This document shows, piece by piece, positions 36,446 through 48,306 of a DNA stretch of 64,000 nucleotides. Origin of the DNA: Laetmonice hystrix (Eukaryota); contig OZ249436.1 in NCBI GenBank assembly GCA_965235115.1, positions 45,510,001-45,574,000 on the forward strand. Reading direction: 5' to 3'. The notes under the pieces were generated by a model. That model made no database searches and had not been told where the DNA came from. It saw nothing but the letters and a program-made list of their open reading frames with translations. Position 1 is the stretch's first letter. The number at the start of each line of letters is the position of its first letter. Position numbers and translations under genes: made by a program.

Positions 36446-38451
36446 CACATGTGGCCTCTCTGCCGTTCTTTGGCCAAGGCTATCTTTGCATGCGCCCCCT
36501 CATGATTAATGGATAAGAATATTAGGCCTAATACTTGTATTTACAAGACGTTTGATCGCTGGTATACCGTTTATCTCCCGCTTCAGACTACCTCAAGTGG
36601 GAGATTCTCCCGCTTGGTATAGGCAAAAAGATTTGGCACCTCACGACATCCCGCGGAATCAGATGTAATAGTGCCAATTATAGCCTGGTCCCCTGCCAAA
36701 CAGACCTGAGGACCAGGCTGGGTACCAGTCACAATCGGAACGACCGAGCCATTTCCGGTTTACTTTGCTTTCGGGAACTATAGACTCGGACAGTGAAAGT
36801 GTAGAAATTCTACGGTCATTTACCGGGAATCCGCCGGATATGTGGTGTGGTCTCTGATCCGACATGTGTACACTCGGAACACCGACGCTAATTCTGTTCC
36901 TAGGTCATTATATGCGGAGGCGAACCAGGCCGCGGATGTAGATCTATGTAGGGGCCATTCGCCCATTCCCCCAGGATTTGCGCAAAACCCAGTGAAGCGG
37001 CATCGCGCATGAACAGAGGTGCAGTACTAAATAGTCGAATTTCCCCCTACGCACAGGCACTTAGTCATAGGCCTAGTTCAAATCTAATTTCTCAACATAC
37101 CTATCCTTCTCGAATTTTCTACCGTGGAGACAAAACAGTCCCTTTTTCACCTGGGAGGAAAACCAGATATTTTAACTCTGTAAAGTAAAGTAGGGGAGTT
37201 CTCCATTTCCGGGCGGCACCGCGCGAGTTCGAGTGGCAGATACAGTGTCGCTTCTCCCCGAACACATGTTTGATGTGTGTACATCACCTGCCATTTTGAA
37301 AATAGGTTTGTGACGTCAGCCAAGCAAGATGGCGTTCTTACTATCCGAGTCTATTTCCCAAATGGACTCGGTGGTTCCCATTGTACCACTCAGTGCCCCT
37401 ACTCGACTAAGCGACAGGGCGCCAAGGCCTACTATCGCCTGGTCCATGGGAAAACTTCATAGTCTTCCGGCGATATTTGCCTAGCTCTGGCTCCGCTGAA
37501 CAGTTAGCCCTACGTCAGACCTACGTCAGAAATAAATGTCTTGACCAAACAGTCGAATTGCCAACTTGATGAAACTGAGGGCATTTAGCGGCGTGCTAGC
37601 TACACGGGGAATATCCCGTATCCCCATATCTACATAGAGTCTAACGTCCAACCCCTGTCGGTATCTAACCATTCAGTCTCCTCCCCGTGTCCTGTGATAC
37701 TAACAGTCGTACAATGGCTTCATTTATTCTTAATTCACTTTCCAAAGGTTTATCCTGTCTTACAATTTCAGTTAAATATTGGACCAGTTTTCATTCAACC
37801 GCAGGCTGTTAGTGACAAATGGGTCGAGGGCTGATGTGGTATTACCCCCCCCCCCTGTTCACAATTCATTCACAACCGTTTCGAATCTGAAATCGTGACC
37901 GTCATAATCCAGACCATCAATTTAGACACTCATGACAGTATCAACAAGAGTGCACTTAATTATTTAGCTTGTAGGGGCCTACATCTGATCTGAGGTATGT
38001 TTGGAAACTGGGAAGTGTTTCTCGGAATTGGAGAATGTATTATCCTTATGCCTACTGATCAACAATCTGATAGCAGGTCTCTGTACGTAACCGATCGCGG
38101 GTCCAGATTGCGAAAGGTGCGTCAAAGTAGCGATGGCTTCCTTAAATATTTGAATATGCTGAACGCTGCGTCTGGTGTGTACGTCTGTGACGTTCTTGTT
38201 CACAGTGACGTCAAAGGAATTCTCGTCTCACAAGAAGGAAGACTGTTGTTGGAGTGGTCCGTCTCCGGCGTTAGATCTTAGATATGTCTCATACACATTC
38301 ATCACTCTCTTCTCACGACCGCAGTGTCCTTTTTATGTCCTCGTCAGATTGATGTGTTGGTCTGTATACGTCAGGCGATCACCATCGGTACGAGACTAGT
38401 AGTGACACGGGTGTAGTCCGTCACCCCCACCACCCACCCCGAAAGTAGTAA

Positions 38452-38492
38452 TACATGTAGATGCAGCAGCAGCAGTAACAGCATCAGCAGTT

Positions 38493-38529
<37 letters not shown>

Positions 38530-38574
38530 TAGTAGTAGTATAGTAGTATTCGCAGTAGCAGTAGCAGCAGCGGC

Positions 38575-38618
<44 letters not shown>
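38452..38618. repeat. (TAG)n/(CAG)n microsatellite
   Basis: Read directly from the sequence. Confidence 0.95.
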
Positions 38619-40475
38619 AGCCAGACTGCAGCCACTCGTTCCTATGAAATCTAATGAAATTCAACATTCCAATTGCCTACTGTTACTATGAAGCGATCGT
38701 CTCATGGCTGGTTGTTTACCTGGCATTGACTTGAACAGCCAATGAAATTCACTGGTTCATCGCACTACGTACACATGGATTCCTGGCTTTAGAGGCAATG
38801 TTTAGGCTACGTACGGTGATTTGGTTAACGTACGGTGACGGACTATATAGGCCTACTTCACATGTCAATAATGTTGACTTAAAATGGTTCTCTGTTCAAT
38901 GCCAATTATTGCCTCTAGATGTAGTTACAGCTAGGTTATAACCGTAGCCGTAGGGGAACCGATTTTGTGTTGTTGTTGTTGTTTTTGCTTTTTTTTGGGG
39001 GGGGGGGCAAGAGGATGTACGCCTCCTACGGCTGTGGTTATAAATAAATTCTTCGTGTCCGGATTTAAGTACACATCACCGTAAACCACTTGGCTCTCAG
39101 GGAGAAACAATGAAACTGAAAGCCGATGCCTTGTTGTCAGGACTCTCTAACATATATGACACGGGTAATGTAATTTTGATACCCCTGCAGGGGTGTTAAT
39201 GATGTGGTGGCACGAACAATCAATAAATATCCTCGATTTAACAGCGCAAATAATATGAGATATGGATAAAATGCTCAGAAATAAGACCAATGTGACACAA
39301 GGAAGCTCACGATTATGATGCTAAATTTGATCTCTTCCATATATATACCTAGTATACATTACACTCGCGACAACCGACCAGCTGCCAGCACGACATCCAC
39401 GCCATATCCTATACATAGGGGCCTATTAGCACACTGTGGCCTTTCTTGACACGTCTCTCTGGTAACCAGATAGTCGCAAGAATAATTGTTGTAAATGGTA
39501 ATGCTAATGGTAAAAATGTGTGACCCTCATATAAATACAAAGTTAATGTCCTTTAAAGGAGCACATATATCCTGAAACTGCGGTGTTGAATCGGCCTACA
39601 TCCGGCTTAGCTAAATGGGAACTATACATTGATTTTGGAAACAGTGGGGTTGAATAACGGCATATGATATGATATGTTGTTCATGGGGGCAAACCCACAC
39701 TAAATGGCGGGAGATCGTCTCTTGTGACTTTCGTGGACAAAATGACAAACGAGAACACATGAATCTGCCTATATGCAGGTCTTGGTCCAATATAATTCTC
39801 CTGTTGGTCAACTTAAAGCTTCCCAAGTTTCGACGGCCCCACAAATCTTTTTTTCTCTGAAACGAACGCGATTAACTCGCAATAACGACTTAGTGACGTC
39901 ATTAACTCGTTATTACGACTTAGTGACGTCACTAAGTGGTAATTTCGAGATTACAACAATTTTTTTTCTCAGAAACAATGTTTTTTTCTTCATGTCCCCA
40001 ACAGGGCTCCGTATTACGGAAACCGTCCACAGACACATTTAGTAGACTTGACACATAAATAAAAGAACAGGCATTAGAAGAACGGGTACGCCTAAACATT
40101 AAATGGTGCATGGAGAGCATGGTGTCCCAAAAGTATATCAATTGCTCTGTTGCATTTTTATTTATAGTTTCTGAATGGGATCATCCTCAACGTTTTACCT
40201 AATTTCGCACACTGGTAAAAAATAATGTATTCAGACAACCGATTTGGATTGGGAGTTTAGAAATACGCCTTCGCAGCAACAGCCTCTTAAAGTGGTTCTC
40301 TTCGGGCAGTAATAACCGGACTGATCCGATCTATGCTGATATCCTCACCACTGGTTATACACCTTGTGATTGATATGTATGCTGTGATGACAACTGTATA
40401 TGGCCATCCAAATAAAAACACATATTACTGTAATCTGTGCTGAAATACTCATACGGTTTATTGATGTTTTTATGG

Positions 40476-40841
40476 TTTGTTACCTGCCGTAACCATTTAG
40501 TTTTAGTGACAATTATCACTTTCATGGCAAGGTCACAAATACGGCAGCATAGATGTTGTGTTTGTTACCTGCCGTTTTAGTGACCATTATCACGTTCACG
40601 GCAAGGTCACAAATACGGCAGCATAGATGTTGTTTGTGATCCACCGTTTTAGTGATCATTATCACTTTCATGGCAAGGTCACAAATACGGCAGCATAGAT
40701 GTTGTGTTTGTTACCTGCCGTTTTAGTGACCATTATCACTTTCACGGCAAGGTCACAAATACGGCAGCATAGATGTTGTGTTTGTTACCTGCCGTTTTAG
40801 TGACCATTATCACTTTCACGCCAAGGTCACAAATACGGCAG
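40476..40841. repeat. 74-bp tandem repeat, about 5 copies
   Basis: Unit TTTGTTACCTGCCGTTTTAGTGACCATTATCACTTTCACGGCAAGGTCACAAATACGGCAGCATAGATGTTGTG. Confidence 0.9.
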
Positions 40842-41715
40842 AACACCGGCAACTGTCAACTTCTAAATATCATTTCATGGTTAGAGCACTTTCCTTTTAC
40901 TACCTTACAAAACAACCTGTTTTACGTATGAAAGTTACTCTTCATTTTTTAGATGTAAAAATTGACAAAAATCTGGTCGATGTTTGAAAGTGCGTTTTCT
41001 CATCCTATGTTAATGGATAAATTTGTTACGTGACGCGTTTCGAACCTATTTCTGTTCATTTACATCCACTTTTGTATCTAGGACACGAGACTTGCACTCC
41101 CTATTCTGTGGGCCTCGGAAGATGTTCGTATCAAAAACGATTCCACGATTTCTCATTCTAAGTGTTAATTGAAATTTGTGATGCCATGCATTTTATTCTT
41201 GTGCATTGACGTAGCCACCATAAACGCCCCCCCCCCCCCGTTTGGCTTCTCTTTTTTTTCTTTCTTTTTTGCATTGTTAAAGATCTTTTTTTGGGTCAGA
41301 TTTCCCTTATAAAAAATTTACGCCCCCTTTGCGCCCCCCCCCCCCTTTTATTAATTCTGGCTACGTCACTGCTTGTGTACAGGCGCCAGAGTGTCTAATT
41401 TGCTACGTCACTGCTTGTGTACAGGCGCCAGAGTGTCTAATTTCTTTAAGTGAGTGCGACTTGGTGACCTCTTCAAGGTCATCAGATGACCTTTTGTTTA
41501 TCCTCCTCCTACCACATAATTGAGTGAGAGACGGGAAGGTTTTCAAATTGACCTTTAATATTGCTGCTGGGACTGGCAGGTACTGTTCAACCCGGCCCAA
41601 CTCCACTTCGGACAAACCTAGTGCACCTACATAACGCAACAAATGGAAACCTTTGTTTTTATTACATTTATTATTTATAAATCTTGTCCAAATACGCGAT
41701 GCCAAATGTCAATTA

Positions 41716-44700
41716 TCACATGGTCTCAGGAGAATCTTGGTCAACTGGTAATGAAATCTCCTCAGTCAAAGTTTTTCTTGAGGCCTCTAATTCTACGTCT
41801 GTCGATTTGACCTGGCTTTGATTAGTTTGGCCTTCATCAGCCTGTACTTTACTAGTCTGATCCTCTGCTGCCAGTGCTGAGGAAGCCTTAACTCCTTTCA
41901 GCCTCATCAAACCAATATTTTGGATATACCGCATCTCTCTCGTCCACTCCCTGAAACATGACGTATACAAATGTATTAGAGTAGGTGACTACCTTCATTA
42001 TGATGGAACAATTTATAACAGACACTTTATGAAACCTATTGATCCATTCAGGGGAGAAAAATAAAATCCCTGAAAAATATCTCTACCATCGATAATGAAC
42101 CGATGCAAAACACGTACCTGAACTTCCTCACATTCTTGGAATTAAGTAGGTCGGGTATCTCTGAAAATTAAAGTTAAATATTTTACAGTGATACAGAATT
42201 CGAGACCTAAACGGTTCCTGTTGTATTATGGAAAATGTACAAGTATTTGTAACAGAAACTCAAGAGTCTCTACTCTCTACACAGTAAATTAAGACAGTCA
42301 GCGAAATGTGGCGATTTTTTTAATTTGTGAAGTCACATTTGGAATTGAATCCCGTATCATACCTAGTCCTTCACTTTCATACTGCCGTCTTTCACGCTCT
42401 GTTGTCATGGTGACCGTTTGTTGCCTAGCAACATGCTGCTGACTGCGGTGCTTGCTGAGAGACTGTTTAATGGCGATCTGTTCAAGTTCTTCATCAAAAC
42501 GGGACAGATACCTGGGCCAGAGGATAAAGGACGACTTTATGACAGGTAAACTAACAGGTAATAATTACAACAGGCAAACACAAGTACTAAAATAGCGTTA
42601 AAGTACTGCAACAAATATTTGAAACATACTCAACACTGAAAGAACATGAACATTCTTTCCACTTTTGCTTAAAAAAATCTGTGCTGGGTTTCATACATGG
42701 GGGGCAGGGGATAAATCCCCTGCATAACTTGGACGGGGGGATATCCCCCCATCAACCCGCAGAGCAACCTTTTTTTAAAGCAGGCAAGCACCTATGATAT
42801 AAAATCGTATCAATCCTCCCTTACAATGTTCAATATTTTCAAAAGTATACATTGAGTTGAAGTAGGGTAATGTTCTATGTGAATCTAATGCCGAGTTTCT
42901 ATGTATCACACATAAAAACGATAGCATTTCGTTGATAGATTCGGGAGAGATGTTTGCTCTGAGATGCTCAGAAAACGCGTCTCCAGCATTCTGGAAAAAA
43001 AAGTTTCTTGGGGAGGGCCGCCAGACACCCCCCCCCCCCCCCCACCCCACCAATTATTTTCTGACAGTTTTTTTTTTTTCCATCATCATCAAAATGTGAA
43101 CATGGACAATAACGACCGAACTCCTGACTGCTAACTGCCTAGTTTTTAACTGATGACTAGTTTTCAAAGATTTCAATCATATTTCATATTGGCACTCTCT
43201 GATACCCATCTTTGTATGCATTGAAGTACCATAGTACATGTACATGTATACTGAAGGGCTTTGACTTAGAGTCAGAATTTTAAGATTTCTGAAAGCTGTT
43301 TATCTTTGTCTTTAACCATTGTTGATATTTTATGAATCGATTACCTTAAAACCAAGTCATGCAACTCTTCCTTTGTGTAGACCGTCGTTGTTTTATTTAA
43401 ATTTTCATGGAACCAACCAAGTTTGTCACCTGTAAGAAATCAAAAATTCTTTCATTAAATCTGAGCATCATAACTCAAGATAGAAAGTCAAAACATAGAG
43501 TTTATCACCTAAACCATTTCAACATTGTCAAACAAACCTCATTTAGTTCAACAACAAAATATAATTTACATCTCGATAGTATTGGAAGGTACTCACCTAG
43601 AAGGCCAATTTTGACTGCCTTGTCTGAATTGTGTCTGAAATTATTAGAATGAGGAAGCAGGTAAGATCATATTTATACTTCAAATCCATCTTTTCAAAAA
43701 GTTTCTGCTCATCAATTTTTGTTCACATACAGAAGAGGATGTCCTAAGGAGATGACACAAAAATGGATTAGATGGCAAGACTCCATGTGGACATAAGGTA
43801 TGATATGATATACGATATATGATAGGTCTAACTCTTGAGTACGTCCTACTCTAGGTGGTCTAGCACTAGGTCCAAGGGCAGTGCCTTGGTTAGTAGGGGT
43901 AGAGGAGGGGAGAAGCCCCCCCCCCCTCCCAAGCTCTGGTGATTTATGCTATTTTAAGGCCTTCTCTTGCAGTATAGAGAGCCAGATGAGAAAGGTTTGC
44001 TAAATTGGACAGTAAATCATTTTACCAGTATTCCTATGGGTTCTGTTAAATTTAGACAAGTTTTTACCGCTACAGTGTTCATGAGACAATGTAGCAGCCT
44101 GCTATGCAGAACAAGGCTGTCGAGAACACTGAGGTCTTGCATGTTGTAGTAGAAAAAAAATCAATGAAATGAAATGCCTGACCTGTCGACTTTCTTGTCA
44201 TGATGAACTCGTTTTGATAGTTGTGCTGCTGTCCGACTGTGAGGGTGAATTACTTTCGCTTTAAGCGACGATGATTTTGGAGCCTTGGGCTGCATTGATA
44301 ATAACATAGGAAGAGTCAGTACACAGCCAGCTTAGTTTTTTTTAAACATTTTTTAATTTTAAACACCAAATCCTGGAACACCTAATGAAAACTTGGTCTT
44401 GGAAGCTGGAACCGAGTGAAGGAAAAGGGTTAGCACTCTTTTGGGGATGCGAAAGTTCCGTTGTAACGGGTTTACTTATTTTGCCCAGATTAGGCTATCT
44501 AAGACTAATTGTGGATGATCTAATTGGCACTTTTTAGTCAATTAACAACCAATTTGCCACTAAACACTAACCCTAGGCCTAACCTTAACCCAAACATATT
44601 GTTTCGTATGGATAATTAGTTAATTTACGTGAAATATACCTCAGGTAAAAATAGGTGTATGTACCCATTACAACGGAACTTTCGCGTCCCCAACTGAGTG

Positions 44701-45804
44701 CTAACCAAAGTAAAAGGGCCAAGTAAAACTAAAAGTATATGGAATGGTACATGTACACCTACTGGTATGGTATGGTAAAATTTTGTCTAACTTTTTAATG
44801 GAGGTGGAATTGCCGATCAATGCGAAAATGAAGAAAAAGATAACTAAAACATGTTATCGTGTCTGCGAGATAACACAAAATATAGAAAAAGATAACTAAA
44901 ACATGTTATCGTGTCTGCGAGATAACACAAAATATAGAAAAAGATAACTAAAACATGTTATGGTGTCTGCGAGATAACACAAAATATAGAAAAAGATAAC
45001 TAAAACATGTTATGGTGTCTGCGAGATAACACAAAATATAGAAAAAGATAACTAAAACATGTTATCGTGTCTGCGAGATAACACAAAATATAGAAAAAGA
45101 TAACTAAAACATGTTATCGTGTCTGCGAGATAAGACAAAATATTAAACATGTTATCGTGTCTGCGAGATAACACAAAATATTAAACATGTTATCGTGTCT
45201 GCGAGATAACACACAATATAGAAAAAGATAACTAAAACATGTTATGGTGTCTGCGAGATAACACAAAATATAGAAAAAGATAACTAAAACATGTTATCGT
45301 GTCTGCGAGATAACACAAAATATAGAAAAAGATAACTTAAACATGTTATCGTGTCTGCGAGATACACAAAATATAGAAAAAGATAACTAAAACATTATCG
45401 TGTCTGCGAGATACACAAAATATAGAAAAAGATAACTAAAACATGTTATCGTGTCTGCGAGATAACACAAAATATAGAAAAAGATAACTAAAACATGTTG
45501 TCGTGTCTGCGAGATAACACAAAATATAGAAAAAGATAACTAAAACATGTTGTCGTGTCTGCGAGATAACACAAAATATAGAAAAAGATAACTAAAACAT
45601 GTTATCGTGTCTGCGAGATAACACAAAATATTAAGCCCGCTGAATGACAGTGGCTACGACTACGTCAAAAGTGAGCAAACTCTCAATGGTGGGCACGAGA
45701 GGCGACACGAGTACGATGGGCGATAATATGAGGGACACCAGAGATACACACTTACACTGACGGCAACTAAGAAAAACAGCGAATTAGGAGGGGATTCTCA
45801 CCAT
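41716..45804 (-). CDS. TMA16: Translation machinery-associated protein 16 (pre-60S factor), 7 coding exons, 219 aa
   Basis: Exons on the minus strand: 45804-45802 (ATG|GTGAG), 44289-44183, 43634-43597, 43429-43345, 42511-42363, 42160-42118, 41950-41716. All introns are GT-AG with consistent phases. The protein MPKAPK..KVIHPHSRTAAQL..GDKLGWF..RYLSRFDEELEQI..ERERRQYESEGLEIPDLLN..FREW matches TMA16 as I recall it. AATAAA signals at about 41655-41680. Confidence 0.93.
44428..44706. mobile_element. MITE in TMA16 intron 1 with a telomere-like (CCTAAC) core
   Basis: TIRs of about 45 bp, GGTTAGCACTC..GCGAAAGTTCCGTTGTAA / TTACAACGGAACTTTCGC..GAGTGCTAACC. Flanks AAGGAAAAG and AAGTAAAAG resemble a degraded TSD of about 9 bp. 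Confidence 0.7.
44834..45632. repeat. 52-bp minisatellite in TMA16 intron 1, about 16 copies
   Basis: Unit AAAAAGATAACTAAAACATGTTATCGTGTCTGCGAGATAACACAAAATATAG, with shorter variants. Confidence 0.95.
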
Positions 45805-47269
45805 TGCTAAGGTCGCCTACAAATCAGTTAGAAGGAAATTTCTTTAATCCTTTTTTCCGCGCTCCCTTGGCCCACACCCGTAGAATCGGACCTCGTTGCG
45901 TAGATCTATCGTTTGTAGTAGGAAAATATTTCTCCACAATGTGGTTCACAACTTTCACGCCAGGCTGTTATCTCACGGGTTAATTCTCCGGTAGGGGGCC
46001 TGCGGTAAGGAAGCCGGTTTCTCCAGATGGCTAATTAGCTTAAAGGCCTTAGACAAGCTTAGACATGATAATACAAAACTATTATACTTAGGCCTATATA
46101 TACTGACGCGTTAGTCTATGCCCAGACTAGGGGGCATTGCCCGGCTTGAGCCCCCCCCCCCCCCTTGAAACGTCAGGGACAGCCGACAATCAAGATTCGA
46201 CTTTTTAGGCGGACCCTTGTAGGTGGCGCTGCGGTCATCAGCCTAGCGATGACCTCATTAGGTGCCAACAACACCAACGGCGCAACGCAGGCGAAACATG
46301 TCCTAGACTCGGGATGAAGACCAATCCAAGGACTAAAACCTGGTAGACTAGGGCCTACTGCCAGGTATAGGGGCCTATAGATCTATGTGGCCCAAGCTCT
46401 AGGCCTAAGGAGAAAGGTGAAGAAGTAGAGACTGACTCGATTGACCCTTTCAACGGTTGTGTGACATATTCTATTCTTTATTAGGCTAGTCCATCACTTT
46501 CAGGTTAACCATAGCAATATTTGAGGTTAACCATAGCAATAATCATAAGCGTATCAATATTACCAGCGTTTTCAGTTACAACAGACTTGTAGACCTGTTC
46601 TTGACTGTAATAATCTGATAATAATATTTCAGCACAGATCCGGTAATACACGTGTAGATCTATGTTTATATTTGGGTGGACCAACGAGACTAGACTGTCT
46701 AGTCTCGTTGGGTGGACATAGGCAGATCTATAGGCGCCTGCCTACAAAAGTTTTCATCACATCTAGGCCTATAGACCTACAGCATAAGTGTAAATGTTAT
46801 TCTATCTTTCAAAACCAGACTAGTATAGGCCTACCTAGTCATCACAATGATAAATAATCACAAGGTGTAGAGTCTAGGCCTATCCACAGATTCGGTATGA
46901 ATAGGTTAGGCCTAGGGCCTATATGAGTACCTATATTCGGTGATAGATCTAGGCATATATGTGTTTCTATTTGGACGAACATATAGAGAGGTTGTCAGCT
47001 ATAGCCTAGTACACATCTAGGCCTATAGGCTACAGTTTACTCAATCTTAAATAAAGCTAATTTGAATTATGTCTCTGGAACTTGTTATTTATCACTGGGT
47101 TGTATCAACCACCTTTATCACATAAGTGACCTGTCCTGATTGTGTTATCACTCGTTGTATACTTTCATCAAGATTGACCAGGATAGCGCTGTTCATGTCA
47201 CTATTTTGTCAAGACTAGAAGATTCTGCGGCCCCAACTTCATCGACTTATGACTTAACCATGCATGTAC

Positions 47270-47700
47270 GCAGCACGGCATAGTTTGTTGCAGTATGGCG
47301 AAACGATTCTTGATAGGCCTAAGCCTTATTATTCTTTCTATATGAATACGGGTTGTTGGAATTCTACAAGACTGCTCAATTTCATGAGCGCTGAAACTGA
47401 CTTTTACCTTGTATGAAATGTGGTATTATTAGCTCTGCACCACATACCCCTGCAAGTTCTTCATAGAAAGTAAATCCACAATCTGCTAATATTTGGTCAC
47501 CCGGACAGTGATATAATGGATTGATGAATCCACTGTCCCTAACAATGTAGGTGCCTATAGGCCTACAGGTCCGATGCCCTCCCCCCGTACAGGCCCCTAT
47601 TCCTTTATAGACAGGAACGTTATACTGCGCCAAGGGGGTTACATCCGATGAGCGGTTGTGTGGGACTTGTAAATTATACGTCTGTGCACGAGCTTTCAGT
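47270..47700 (-). pseudogene. Decayed ISL2EU/Harbinger-type DDE transposase fragment
   Basis: Frameshifted pieces KARAQTY..YKSHN..LIGCNPLGAV; IVRDSGF..PGDQILADCGF..LIIPHFIQGKSQF; SAHEIEQSCRIPTTRIHIERII..KNRFAIL. These match DDE_Tnp_4-type motifs LADRGF and RIHVER. Confidence 0.75.
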
Positions 47701-48306
47701 CAGCTATCGTCGTATATAAACACGGTGGAATACTGACATGGATGCTGTCGTCTCTTGAATCAGTTCGAATTAGAGATTATCATTCCAGCACTTAATTATA
47801 GACCTGCATAATCAGCAGTAACCAGCAGCCTTCCATTCACCCCTATGTTAACTTAACGATCTGGTTATTAACCAGCCTTTAGTGAGACGGGCCCCAGGAT
47901 CTAAACTGACAAAGTCTGCACCTGTCCAACTTTCTATTTCTTCCATTTTCTGATTTTATTGAAGCAATAAAAACTTCAGACCTTGGCCTATTGTTCTCAG
48001 AATCGTACTTTCGGACATAATCACTTCTCCCTTTGAGCCCACGACATATGACAATGACAATGGTTGGTTTATTTGACAATTGAAAATTGAAATTGCTTGT
48101 GTATGTCAGCACCGTTTTGCTTTTTACTCCTGGGTATTCTTGTATACATCCCTGATAAACGCGTGTACGATTTGTTTGGCTTTTTCTTTATTTCTGTGCT
48201 CACATTTCGGCTCTACGTTGAGGATCTGGCCAATTTTGTCTTCGTCACTGGCCTTTTTGAATTCCGGGACGTATCGACTGTAACTTTCGAGGAACCTTTT
48301 TCTTAA

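Noticed and set aside
38371..38667. Poly-Thr mucin-like ORF
   Set aside because: Translation of the (TAG)n microsatellite.
42401..42545. Two X-box-like motifs and a plus-strand ATG exon (MLLTAVLAERL..) suggesting a bidirectional ciliary promoter
   Set aside because: The region is the antisense of TMA16 coding exon 42511-42363, which explains the sequence.
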